Shown here: positions 19,978 to 30,141 of the stretch, piece after piece
How positions within the stretch are numbered: the first letter of the stretch is position 1
Layout: each line of letters opens with the position of its first letter
Source: Nitrospirota bacterium
GTDB taxonomy: Bacteria; Nitrospirota; UBA9217
Assembly (NCBI GenBank): GCA_963749655.1
Contig: CAVVOB010000019.1
Span: 1-64,000 of the forward strand
Reading direction: 5' to 3'
DNA length: 64,000 nucleotides
Translations under genes and position numbers: made by a program
Notes under the pieces: model-generated
Seen by the model: only the letters and a program-made list of their open reading frames with translations
Told to the model about the DNA's origin: nothing
The model's database searches: none

Positions 19978-20844
19978 ATGTCCTCTCCTTCAGCAGGCGT
20001 CCGTCACTTATTCTCTTGCATCGGACGCCCCGTACAACTGATATGCGCTGCTTTTCTCCTGGTTTTCCTTACCTCTGTGCCGGCAAAAGCCGAATGGCGG
20101 TTTGCATGGCACCTTGAGCCCTCGACCGGTGAATATTCCTGTTCGGCCTCATCGGATCCCCAGAGCGTACGGAGCGGCAGGATTGAAAGCGTTGTCCGGC
20201 TGGGCGTCCAGGGAGAGGGATTCATGACCATCCAGAGCGATCCGCTGCCCTTCGATGCCGAACGTCTCTACGAGACCTGGATCCGCGTTGATGCCAACCG
20301 GATGGTCGTACGGCTCAGCCAAAGCAGCAACGGCCGTACGCTCACGTTCACTGAAGATGACAGCATCACGCTTCACCGTCAGTTCGAGACCGGGTCGGTG
20401 ATCACCGTTGCCATGATTTTTGCGTCCGGTGCCAGACCTGTGGAGGCGCGGTTTTCCCTCGACGGCTATCGCTCCGCTGCCGCCCGGTACAAAGGCTGCA
20501 GGGGGCTGCTCTTGAGCCCCGGATGGCTGGGCCTTTTCATGACTGAGGCTGCCCCAAAAGACCGTGATCTTCTCTCTTGGATCAAGAATAATACACCCTA
20601 TCAGACGTCGGGCATCGAGATCGTCACCGTGGACCCGAGAAAGGAAGCATGCAAAAACGATCTCAGGCCAGGCGATCTTATCGTGGGACTGAATGGAAAT
20701 GCGGCAGGAGAGGTCAAGGACCTCATCAGCGTGATGAAAAGCCTGGAGGTCGGGAAATCGATCGAACTGGCTGTTGTCAGGGACAGGACCTATCTCAAAA
20801 AAATCCTGACGAGGCCTGCAACCGCAGTTCCTGATCAGGAGTAG
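19978..20844 (+). CDS. exported protein, IalB-like N-terminal domain plus C-terminal PDZ domain
   Basis: AKAEW...FSLDGYRSA (IalB-like pattern); GWLGL...DLRPGDLIVGLNG...VVR (PDZ). Confidence 0.65.
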   Translation: MSSPSAGVRHLFSCIGRPVQLICAAFLLVFLTSVPAKAEWRFAWHLEPSTGEYSCSASSDPQSVRSGRIESVVRLGVQGEGFMTIQSDPLPFDAERLYETWIRVDANRMVVRLSQSSNGRTLTFTEDDSITLHRQFETGSVITVAMIFASGARPVEARFSLDGYRSAAARYKGCRGLLLSPGWLGLFMTEAAPKDRDLLSWIKNNTPYQTSGIEIVTVDPRKEACKNDLRPGDLIVGLNGNAAGEVKDLISVMKSLEVGKSIELAVVRDRTYLKKILTRPATAVPDQE

Positions 20845-20995
20845 CGGCTGACCGATCCTTTTGTCTTGACCGGATTCCAGGCCGATGCGAATGACGTGAA
20901 CGACGCGTCCGGCAGCCAGGATCGGGAAAACTCTCTTCGGGAAGGCCTGCGCGGGCGAACTTCCGGCTTCTGGTGGAATTCTCCCCACGAATGTT

Positions 20996-21475
20996 CTACT
21001 GCAGCAATGCCCTCAACATCTCATTACGATGAATAAATAAGATACCTTCCTCGAATCGCACTGCCGCGTAGAACCCGCACTGACGGCAGGTCTCCCGTTT
21101 CTGTTCAGGTGTATCCTGCACCTGACCGCGGCAATGGGTGCCCGGCACTACCCAGCAAGCCCTCCCGCCATTCCTTCCGCCATGGATTCCGTCGAGCCGC
21201 GACTCAAGGGCGGCGGGACAAACTCCCAGAGCGCCGCTTAATGATCCGTGCACCTGCTTGCAGCAGTCGCTGTATTCCCAGCAGTTTTTTTTGCCCGCTC
21301 GTGGTCCTGTCCAGGCGGCAGAGCAGAGAAGGGAATGCAGCCGAAAACCTTCCAGATATTCGGCAACCGCTCGGCCGAGGAAACGCGCCGTTCCTGCCGT
21401 CAGTTTTCTCATGCGCGGAGCGCGCTGCTCAATCGTGAAGAGTCCCCGGGCGATCGTGTATGTCATGACACCCAT
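20996..21475 (-). CDS. two-CW domain-containing protein
   Basis: KKNCWEYSDC...GVCPAA...HGGRNGGRACWVVPGTHC...CRQCGFY. Confidence 0.8.
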   Translation of the reverse strand: MGVMTYTIARGLFTIEQRAPRMRKLTAGTARFLGRAVAEYLEGFRLHSLLCSAAWTGPRAGKKNCWEYSDCCKQVHGSLSGALGVCPAALESRLDGIHGGRNGGRACWVVPGTHCRGQVQDTPEQKRETCRQCGFYAAVRFEEGILFIHRNEMLRALLQ

Positions 21476-21736
21476 AATACGAGCCTTTCCATGCTCTTTT
21501 TCGATTATAGCATAGGACGAAACCAAGTCCTGTTGACCGATAATAGGCGCACAATATATCAAAAGGATGCGAACCGGCTTAATAAGACAGAGAGAACATG
21601 CCATACCAGGCGCCGCACCGTGAAATAATAGTGGAAGAAAAATACAAATGGTTTATAATTAGCCGTTGATCAGTCGTGCCTGGGGGCAGGCAACGATGGC
21701 ACTATCAATCATCAGGAGGGAAGAAAGAGGAAACTC

Positions 21737-22507
21737 ATGGATGCATCTTCACCGGCCGGGAAACATCGTCATCGTTCCATTCTTGTCGTAGGCAACAAGG
21801 CCCAGGATCTGCTGTTTATCTCCCTCGTTCTCCAGCGGTTCAACTATGAAGTATTCGTTGCTCATAATGTGGCACAGGCCTTGGAGCGGGTCGCCAAAGC
21901 GGTGCCGGCGCTCATTCTGAGCGATCTTGTCCTTCCGGGAATGAGCGGCATCGACCTCTTTCTTCTTCTCAAACAAGACAAACAAACCGCCTCTGTGCCC
22001 ATGGTATTCATGATTCCCATGAGCGATGCAGCTGCAGAGCGGAGATGCACCGACATCGGCGCAATGGCCTGCGTCCCGAAGCCGGTCCAGGCCGAAGAAC
22101 TCTACCGGACGGTCCAGGCGATCCTTGAGCCCATTCCGCGCGCTGATATCAGGATCGATACAAAATTACCGGTCTCAGTGAATAACGAACCGCTCGCTTG
22201 TGACGAAGGAGGCTGCCGGATCGACCTGTCGGAACACGGCATGTTCGTCCCGATGCATCCACCTTTTCCCAAAAACAAGCGGGTCAATGTAGAGATTCAC
22301 ATCAAAAAGGACCTCACGATCTCTGCAGAGGGATCTGTCCTGTACAGCCATACTTCTGCAATAATGCCTTACAAGCAGTCAGGCATAGGTCTTAAATTCA
22401 CCAAGATCGCACCGCAGGACCAGGAATGCCTCAGAAAATTCATCCGCGAAGAAGTCACGCGGGATGTCAGAGCTGCATTGGCTCGCGCATCCAGCGGCCA
22501 GTTGTAA
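21737..22507 (+). CDS. REC-PilZ protein (paralog 1)
   Basis: Receiver fold (ILSDLVLPGMSG, KPV) plus PilZ motifs RADIR, DLSEHG and GIGLKF. Confidence 0.85.
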   Translation: MDASSPAGKHRHRSILVVGNKAQDLLFISLVLQRFNYEVFVAHNVAQALERVAKAVPALILSDLVLPGMSGIDLFLLLKQDKQTASVPMVFMIPMSDAAAERRCTDIGAMACVPKPVQAEELYRTVQAILEPIPRADIRIDTKLPVSVNNEPLACDEGGCRIDLSEHGMFVPMHPPFPKNKRVNVEIHIKKDLTISAEGSVLYSHTSAIMPYKQSGIGLKFTKIAPQDQECLRKFIREEVTRDVRAALARASSGQL

Positions 22508-22711
22508 ACGGATGCCGTAGGGGCGATGAACGGCCGGATTTTTCCTCTGGACTGTGTCGGCACGTGCGTGTACTATACTTCCGGTTCCGAGTGGATCAAT
22601 CGAACACCGAAATGATCGCCGGAGCTGAGGCGGAATAAAAATACCCGTTATCCGCTGCAGCTCCTGCGGAAAGCCTGATAGATCGCGCCAAACCCAAAGG
22701 AGGAATATCAG

Positions 22712-23209
22712 ATGGGGATTCCCCGGTTTCGAAAGAAGCTTTCCCTTGCGATTGCATCAATCCTGTGTTTGCTCATAACTGCGGCATTGGCGTGCCACAA
22801 CGAACAACCCAAAATAACGATCGCAGATGCTCGAGCAGTGCCTTCATCTACCATGATGGACGAAGGGCTTGTTTACCTGACGGTCAGGAACGACGGCGGA
22901 CCCGACGCCATCCGGAATGTCAGGACCAGCATTCCCGGCGCGACGGCTTCCCTCCATGTTATGGCGGACGGATTCATGAAAAAAGCCGACATGCTGACCA
23001 TCCCGGGCCACCACAGTATCGAGCTCATACCAGGCGACTCCCATATCATGATTGAAAATATGCCCCAGGAAGCAAAAGAAGGTTACCGTTTTACCGTCAC
23101 GCTCGTTTTCGAACGATCCGGCGAGAAGCAGCTTAATCTTACCTTTCTCAAGACCCCGAAGCCTGCCACGATGCACGATGACGGTAAAAAGATGACAGTA
23201 ACCGACTGA
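22712..23209 (+). CDS. periplasmic copper chaperone PCu(A)C (lipoprotein)
   Basis: Lipobox ALAC; VYLTVRNDG..D and SLH.M...M...ELIPGDSHIM motifs; TLVFERSG. Confidence 0.85.
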   Translation: MGIPRFRKKLSLAIASILCLLITAALACHNEQPKITIADARAVPSSTMMDEGLVYLTVRNDGGPDAIRNVRTSIPGATASLHVMADGFMKKADMLTIPGHHSIELIPGDSHIMIENMPQEAKEGYRFTVTLVFERSGEKQLNLTFLKTPKPATMHDDGKKMTVTD

Positions 23210-23522
23210 TACACATTATCCCTTTCTGAAACGATCTTTCGCTGATTCATGGAGGCGAGTACTGCTTGTTTTCAGAGCGTTGCTTTCAGAAAAAAGCATC
23301 CTCCTCCCGGGAATCCAGCCTATCGCAACAGATTCTTGGCCATGGACAACGTGTATTCTCGTCCCGATCGGACGGAGCTAGAAAAGGCGGGAAGATGCCT
23401 TATCCTCTCACCGCCGAATTGTTCTCCGGAAATCATCTTGATTTTATCCTTGCACTATACTATTCTTTATTCCATGGCAAATCATGCAGGTCATACAATC
23501 CAACAGGACCAGGAGGGTCGCG

Positions 23523-23981
23523 ATGGGTAAAAAATCATGTCCCACGAAGGGATTCGAACGGCTGCTGGTAGCGACAGACGGCTCTGAGTTCAGCAGCGAA
23601 GCTGTCCGCGAGGCGATAGCCATAGCAGGCGCCTGTTCAGCAAAGCTTTACGCACTCCTCGTGATCGAAGCAAACACAGAGATTGAACTGTGGGATGCTG
23701 ATGCAGCTGAGAAGATCGAACGGAACATGAGAAAACATCTCGACGGGATCATTGCCAGGGCGGCCCGGGCCGGCGTCGCCTGCGAATCTATCATGCACCT
23801 CGGCGATGAGCCGTATAAGTTGATCGTGGATGAGGCAAAAAAACGCAGAATCTCGACGATCGTCATGGGCAGCCACGGTCGTACGGGCCTGACGCGACTC
23901 ATGATGGGAAGCACCGCATCCCGGGTCATCGGACATGCGCCGTGCAAGGTGCTTGTTGTGCCGCACAAGGCACGGCGGTAG
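23523..23981 (+). CDS. universal stress protein (UspA family)
   Basis: LLVATDGS and IVMGSHGRTGLTRLMMGSTA..V..HAPCKVLVV motifs. Confidence 0.92.
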   Translation: MGKKSCPTKGFERLLVATDGSEFSSEAVREAIAIAGACSAKLYALLVIEANTEIELWDADAAEKIERNMRKHLDGIIARAARAGVACESIMHLGDEPYKLIVDEAKKRRISTIVMGSHGRTGLTRLMMGSTASRVIGHAPCKVLVVPHKARR

Positions 23982-24170
23982 GTCTACCGGAGAAGGTGCG
24001 AGGCCGGGTGACGGCAACGGATCCACGGTGACAGTTGTGTTTTCCGGACGTTCGCTGCTGACGGAGTCGATTCCGCATACCTCATTCCTGTCCTGTTCCG
24101 GATCAGAGCTTTCCGACTCAGAACGTGTACCAGCCGGCGCATTGGGCCCAGAGGGCCTATCTTATTTATA

Positions 24171-25025
24171 ATGAATCTCGGGAACCTGTTCAAAATATTG
24201 TCCCCCAGCGGTCTGCAGCGTCCGAAAGTGGCTCTAGTACTTGGCGGCGGTGCGGCAAGAGGATTCGCGCACGTCGGCGTGATCCGGGTACTGGAGCAGG
24301 AGGAGATTCCCATTGACATGATCGTGGGAACAAGCGTCGGCAGTCTGATCGGCGCCATCTACGCCCACGATATAAACAGCTTCGAGCTCGAGTGGACCGC
24401 TTTCACGCTCGAAAAAGACGACATTTTCGACTATGGTCTTCTGACGGTGTTCACGGGTATGGGCGCGGCAAAAGGAGACCGCCTGGAAGAGTTCGTCCGG
24501 AGCAAAGTGCCGGTAGCGAACATCGAAGAGCTGAAAGTGCCCTTTGCAGCAGTCGCCACGGACCTGAAACAGGGTTCGCGTGTCGTTCTGGACCGGGGCC
24601 CTCTTGCCAGGGCGGTCAGGGCAAGCTGCTCGATTCCCGGCGTGTTCGAGCCGGTGGAACATCAGGGGGTCCTGCTCGTAGACGGCGGAGTGGTGGATAA
24701 CCTTCCTGTCTCCGTGGCTCGTGAAAAAGGCGCGGACATCGTCATCGCCGTCGATGTAAGTGCTGACGTCGCCGTTGACGGGGTCACGAACCTGCTTGAG
24801 GTCATGCTCCAGTCCGTCAACATAATGGCGGCTGAAAACGTGAAGGCGAAAATGCGCAACGCCGATATCCTGATCTCGCCTGCAGTGAAGGATGTCGGCA
24901 TGCTCGACTTCACACAAAAGAAACAATGCCTTCAGGCGGGTATGGAGGCTGCGCAGAAGGCTATACAGGAAATCAAAAAAAAGATAAAGGCCAGCGGCGG
25001 AAACCATGCTAGATTTCGGTTGTGA
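24171..25025 (+). CDS. patatin-like phospholipase (RssA-like)
   Basis: LGGGAARGFAH, GTSVG and VDGG motifs. Confidence 0.92.
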   Translation: MNLGNLFKILSPSGLQRPKVALVLGGGAARGFAHVGVIRVLEQEEIPIDMIVGTSVGSLIGAIYAHDINSFELEWTAFTLEKDDIFDYGLLTVFTGMGAAKGDRLEEFVRSKVPVANIEELKVPFAAVATDLKQGSRVVLDRGPLARAVRASCSIPGVFEPVEHQGVLLVDGGVVDNLPVSVAREKGADIVIAVDVSADVAVDGVTNLLEVMLQSVNIMAAENVKAKMRNADILISPAVKDVGMLDFTQKKQCLQAGMEAAQKAIQEIKKKIKASGGNHARFRL

Positions 25026-25165
25026 AAAGGAATGCATCTGCAGCCGTGATCGTGAAGGATCGCTCTGCACTGCAGCCATGCAAGCAATCGGCTACCCGAC
25101 CCACAGGTTGACCCGGAGTCTCAGAGGGTCGGGACACGACAGGCTCACCGGGCAAAGGAGGTCCA

Positions 25166-25927
25166 ATGTCAGAGTATAATCCGGGAAGGGGACAGGAAGC
25201 TCTTGATCGCAAGAACGGCTATATCCTCGTTGTGGAAAACGATACGAAGGATCTGGTCTGTACCTCCCTGCTTCTTCATCGCTTTGCCTATCCGGTCTGC
25301 ACCGCCCGAACGGCCCAACAGGCCCTGGATATGGTCGCCGTAGCTCCTCCGATTCTCATGGTCACCGAACTCTTCCTTCCCGACATGAACGGGCTGGATT
25401 TAATGCGAGTACTCAGCCGCGATGTCCGAACTGTCTCCATTCCGGTCATTCTGATCGTGCCTCAAGGCGATACGATTGTGGAAAAGCAGTGCATCGAGAT
25501 CGGGGGAAGCGTCGCCTGGCTTCCGAAACCGGTTCAGGTTGACGATCTCTACCGCGCCGTTCAAAGGTCCGTCGAACCGACGCCTCGTTCCAGCATCCGT
25601 ATCGGGACCCGTCTTCCCGTGATCATAAACAAGGTGGCGCTCAAATACGGGGAGGGCGAATGTGCGACGCACCTCTCCGAACTCGGCGCGTACGTTCGAA
25701 CGCTCAAACCCAGGCGAAAGAGTCAGCATATCTCACTTTCCATGATCATCGACGGCCGGACCGTTTCAACCAATGCAGAAGTACTCTACAGCCATCGCTT
25801 CAGCGATGGACCGGGCCAGGACCAGGGGATGGCTGTCAGGTTTCTCACTATTACCCCTGAAGACCGTGCACTTGTCAGGCAATATATTCAATGGGAAATC
25901 ACCAGGGGAATCGTCGAAGCGCCGTAG
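25166..25927 (+). CDS. atypical REC-PilZ protein (paralog 2)
   Basis: Receiver with Glu at the phospho-Asp position (VTELFLPDMNG); PilZ motifs RSSIR, HLSELG and GMAVRF. Confidence 0.85.
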   Translation: MSEYNPGRGQEALDRKNGYILVVENDTKDLVCTSLLLHRFAYPVCTARTAQQALDMVAVAPPILMVTELFLPDMNGLDLMRVLSRDVRTVSIPVILIVPQGDTIVEKQCIEIGGSVAWLPKPVQVDDLYRAVQRSVEPTPRSSIRIGTRLPVIINKVALKYGEGECATHLSELGAYVRTLKPRRKSQHISLSMIIDGRTVSTNAEVLYSHRFSDGPGQDQGMAVRFLTITPEDRALVRQYIQWEITRGIVEAP

Positions 25928-25980
25928 CATCGTGTTCTCCAAAGAATGGCTGCACTATCCCGACGTGAGGGAGTCCCTCC

Positions 25981-26792
25981 ATGACTGCTGCCGTTGCCCT
26001 TCTCGCTGCAGTAGCAGTTCTCGGGTTCTGGATATACGCGGACGCGGGCGTCTGCTGCTCCCGTCGACGAGGAGGCTGCTGCAAGAGCAGGACTTGCGCA
26101 ACGTTATAAAATTCCAAACCTTCCATGCCTATCTATACATCCGCTGGACACGCCGGTACATCGGCATCGCTCTGAACCATTTGCTGCCCCGCTGCAACTC
26201 CCGATGCAGTGAAGCATGGACGCTGAAATGTCAGGTAAGGTGCTAACCCATGATCAGATGTGATCGATCATCACGCTGAATCATCCCATTTCTCTGAGCA
26301 ATTTGGAACAGATCATACACTCGCAGGTATGCATTGTGCTCGGCCGGCCTTTTACCGATTTCATTGTGGAGCATCATCCTGCGATCAGCGGGCGTCTTCT
26401 CAGGCCGAAGCGTTGACGCTCCTGCAGCAGGAACACGAACGGGAACACCTGCACTCCCCATGGTTCAAGGATGTTATGCCTGACCGTTTCTACGCGATCT
26501 GTAATTGCTGCAAGTGTTGCTGCGGCGGTCTGGAGGGGATGGTCAAGTATGGAATGGGAAATATTGCATCGTCCGGGTACATTGCCCGGATTGACGGGAA
26601 CTCATGCGACGGCTGCGGCGCCTGCGCTGCCTCTGGTCCCTTCGAAGCCCTTCATGTCGAGGGGAAGGCCGTCGTGGCCTGAAAACGATGCATGGGGTGC
26701 GGCGAATGCCAGGGTAGGTGCCTCCGGCAGGCCGTAGCGCTGGTCCGCGATGAACGAAAAGGGCAGCGTTTGATGTCCGGTTGATGTCCTGA
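25981..26792 (+). pseudogene. degraded membrane-anchored 4Fe-4S binding protein
   Basis: Fragments in several frames: TM start MTAAVALL, RLLLPSTRR, GKVLTHDQ, AICNCCKCCC, CDGCGAC, then in-frame TGA before KRCMGCGEC; one cluster Cys lost (ASGPF). Confidence 0.65.
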
Positions 26793-26845
26793 AGCTGAGA
26801 CAGCTGCCTGCCGGTTTACTTTCGCGGCCCGTCGACGGTTATCCG

Positions 26846-27292
26846 CTATTCCGCATCAGACACCGAAACGGCAAAGGCTACGTCTTTTACCGCATCACCG
26901 TTCGTCCATATGTTCTTTTCAATCTCGTCCTGTTTTTTCACGGTCATCCTGAGCCCTTCAGGCGGATAGGTCTCGTAAGGCTCCCATTTGCCGTTTTTAT
27001 TCTGGGCCTGGCACCGGACCGTGTAAATTACACGGATGGATTTATCACGGTTCAAATTTTTAACCTTGAGCGTGATCGCACCGCCGGCCACTTTGTACGC
27101 CACCTCGCACAGTTCGGGCTTGTTCGTGGTGATCTTTTTCCATCCAACAGCGGTCTGTTTCCCCCCCGTCTTCTGTTCAGCGACAGCAGACGGCGAGGAT
27201 TGTTTCGTCTTTTTTGCCGCTACAGCCTGGGGAATCAACGAAAGAGACACGAGAAAAGCAAGCGCCATAATCATGAGGGACCGGAGTTGCAT
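26846..27292 (-). CDS. secreted hypothetical protein
   Basis: SD AAGGAGG; signal peptide ending PQAVA; beta-rich mature part. Confidence 0.65.
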   Translation of the reverse strand: MQLRSLMIMALAFLVSLSLIPQAVAAKKTKQSSPSAVAEQKTGGKQTAVGWKKITTNKPELCEVAYKVAGGAITLKVKNLNRDKSIRVIYTVRCQAQNKNGKWEPYETYPPEGLRMTVKKQDEIEKNIWTNGDAVKDVAFAVSVSDAE

Positions 27293-27619
27293 GACATTTC
27301 CTCCTTTGACCGATCAAGCCGGATACCGATCAACGGCTCCAGCCGGCGGCGTCGGATACCGGAACATTTTATCTACGGTAATCACGTGGCCCGGAACGCC
27401 GGGTTGAAAGCTCACCACGGGCGACTTGAGCCTAGTATAAAACAATGGGGTTGTCAAGAAAAGATCCCGGATACTCAGAAGACAGGGAAGAGTAAGGCGT
27501 AACACATCGTCTCTTGCCATGAAACGCCAATTGCGGTATTATCTCTCTGAAGCTTAAAACCCATATTGCGCAACGCCTGTAAGGGGCTGCTACGGCGTTC
27601 TGAAATTGGAGGAGCTCCT

Positions 27620-27787
27620 ATGACAATACTGCTGATCATTATCGTCGTTGCTGCTGTCTACCTATACTCGGCCTTTGCATTCCATTACAATTTCCGGAAC
27701 TGGCATCCGATGTGCGGCTGCTCCCGAAAGGGGTCGACGACTCCACTGTGCGCACAAAGCACGCCGGCGGCAGGGGACAAAAGGTAA
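27620..27787 (+). CDS. small membrane protein (55 aa) with Cys-containing tail
   Basis: SD GGAGGAG; N-terminal TM helix; WHPMCGC...LC; followed by a short hairpin. Confidence 0.55.
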   Translation: MTILLIIIVVAAVYLYSAFAFHYNFRNWHPMCGCSRKGSTTPLCAQSTPAAGDKR

Positions 27788-27912
27788 AAAAACCGCATCG
27801 CAAGCGGAGTTTGTCGCCTGCCGTCGGAATATCTGCGGTAAGGCGGACTACGCCGACGCCTCTCCCGGCGGCTTTCGTACGTGGTACACTTGAAACAGGA
27901 GGACTTTGGTCC

Positions 27913-28389
27913 TTGCAATCCCTGAAAACAAGGCTCGTTCGAATGGGCTTCAACATCTTTCCACCCTATTTCGGGTCCGGCGCGTCCATCCAGTATATTG
28001 CGTCCGACTTTCACGAGGTGCGTATCAAACTTCCGCTTTCCTGGCGTACGCGGAACATCGTCGGAACAACCTTCGGAGGGAGCATGTACGCAGCCGTGGA
28101 CCCGGTCTACATGATGATGCTGATGAATATGCTCGGGCCCGATTATATAGTCTGGGACAAGGCAGCCTGCATCCGCTTCAAAAAACCCGGTACGGGAACG
28201 CTCTACGCCCGGTTCGTGGTCGATCGGGAAGAAATTGAATCCATAAAAAAAGGCCTTGAATCAGCCCCGTCGATGGACCGTATTTACCATGTAAATCTTG
28301 TAGACCGCGACGGCGTCGTGCATGCTGCCGTGGAAAAGACGATCTACGTCCGTCACAAGGAACCGTCAATCATGCTGAAAACGGCATAA
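27913..28389 (+). CDS. hotdog-fold thioesterase (DUF4442/YiiD-like)
   Basis: SD AGGAGG before TTG; FNIFPPY, RNIVGTTFGGSMY, DYIVWDK and IRFKKPG motifs. Confidence 0.85.
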   Translation: MQSLKTRLVRMGFNIFPPYFGSGASIQYIASDFHEVRIKLPLSWRTRNIVGTTFGGSMYAAVDPVYMMMLMNMLGPDYIVWDKAACIRFKKPGTGTLYARFVVDREEIESIKKGLESAPSMDRIYHVNLVDRDGVVHAAVEKTIYVRHKEPSIMLKTA

Positions 28390-28545
28390 CCTCCCTGATT
28401 GCGGTCAGCTGTGTCGCCCCCTGCCGGCCCTCACGTATCACCGATGTCTCCGTGTTCAGAGTACTTCCTGTTGCTACCGAAAAATCCTTCGAGTTGTGAT
28501 ATCATATTCCTGTGGACGCTGCTGTCAGCACGCCTCGCATAAATC

Positions 28546-29691
28546 ATGAACGACTACCTCATAAAAGTCTTTGACTCCGCAAACGAAGGCATATATGTCA
28601 CCGACTCCGACCGCCGATTTCTGCTCTGGAACGAAGCCGCCGCACGGTTGTCGGGATACGACAAAAAAGAAATAATAGGCAGGTCCTGCTACGACAATAT
28701 ATTGCAGCACGTCGATCGGGAGGGAAGGCCGCTCTGCCAGGGAAAGTGTCCCCTCCAGGCAGCCATCGAGGACGGGATTCCCCGGGGGCCTGAAATCGTT
28801 TTTCTAAGACACAAGAGCGGCAAGCGTATTGCCGTGGAAGTCAACACAGCGGCCATCAGGAACGATGCGGGCGATATAATCGGCGGCGTAGAGGTGTTCC
28901 GGGACATTACGGAACGTCTTGAGAACGAGCGCCTTCTGCAGGAACGGAAAAAGAATCTCGAGACAGTCCTTGACAACATCGGCGAAGGAATTCTCTTCCT
29001 GGACAAAGAAGGCAACATTAGTATGATAAACCTCGCCTTCGGAAAAATTTTCGCGCCCACACTTGCTGAAGATGCCCCCTCCTCCGGATCTGTTTCGGAC
29101 AATGTGCTGGCTCATCGGGCAATGTCGGCAATTGAAGAGCTCTACCGCCGCTCGGCCGATCCGGCGTGGGACAAACAGGATGAACGCTGTCCAGAGGGAA
29201 GGGGACTGTTCCGTTGCTGGACCGCTGTTCTTGACAAATCCCCGGTCGCACCACGCGCCCGGTGTTTTGAATGCGCTGTTTACCGCACGTGCAGGATGTT
29301 TCTGGAGAAGCCGCGGGAGCTGATTATCTCCAACCGCTCGATCTCCGTAGTGTCGTCGTTCCTTGAGTTTCCGGACTCGAATGAACTCCGGGAAATCATC
29401 GTGTGTCGCGACGTGACTGCGGATAAACTCGATGCAGCGCTGAAAGTTGCCGGCGCGGCAGCCCACGAGCTGCGTCAGCCACTGCAGGTGATCATTATCA
29501 CCGCTGAGCTCCTGAAAAAGGAGATGCGCCGAAACAAGTCGATCCGAAAAAACATCGACACGCTGCTCACCAGTTGCGAACGCATGGATGACATCATCCG
29601 GAAAATGACTGCGATGACCGAATACCGGACCAAAGAGTATATCGGCGGACACACGATCCTGGATATCAGCCGGTCACAGGGAAACCGCTGA
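28546..29691 (+). CDS. PAS-PAS-HisKA protein lacking an HATPase domain
   Basis: Two PAS domains (WNEAAARLSGY; INLAFGKIF); H-box AAAHELRQPLQ; ends KEYIGGHTILDI with no N/G boxes. Confidence 0.82.
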   Translation: MNDYLIKVFDSANEGIYVTDSDRRFLLWNEAAARLSGYDKKEIIGRSCYDNILQHVDREGRPLCQGKCPLQAAIEDGIPRGPEIVFLRHKSGKRIAVEVNTAAIRNDAGDIIGGVEVFRDITERLENERLLQERKKNLETVLDNIGEGILFLDKEGNISMINLAFGKIFAPTLAEDAPSSGSVSDNVLAHRAMSAIEELYRRSADPAWDKQDERCPEGRGLFRCWTAVLDKSPVAPRARCFECAVYRTCRMFLEKPRELIISNRSISVVSSFLEFPDSNELREIIVCRDVTADKLDAALKVAGAAAHELRQPLQVIIITAELLKKEMRRNKSIRKNIDTLLTSCERMDDIIRKMTAMTEYRTKEYIGGHTILDISRSQGNR

Positions 29692-30141
29692 CCCTCCGGT
29701 CGCATCTTACCTTTGAACAAAACCCGCTACTTAACCCACGTTCGACGGGCATTTTCATCAACGTTTCGTTGTCCAGCGCTTCAATAATATTCGCCAAATC
29801 ATACATCCCCATCAGCGCCTATTGCTTGATAACTTTTTACCCCCATCCCAATCAAAAGACCCACTTTTCTAAAACTGTCCAACCCATGCTGCATGGCCGG
29901 CAACAGAAAGAGGAGCCGGGATGCAATCATACTCAATCAGTGAAATCGGTTTGCAGATAACCCATGGTTCTGCTATCATCTAAAAAGTCGGGAGCATGTG
30001 ATGCAGCCATGCATCCTTCCCCTTGCAGAACAATGACCTCCGGTTCATTATGGCCTCACCGGGCCGACCGGTCATCGTTCGTCATTTTTGCCGGCGGCGC
30101 AGCATGACTTTTAGCGTTCAGCGACCGTCTCAGGGAGGCGC

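Noticed and set aside
26680-26682. In-frame TGA in the Fe-S gene as possible selenocysteine
   Set aside because: The TGA is not at a cluster-ligand Cys position (it looks like a mutated Trp codon) and the gene has several other lesions.
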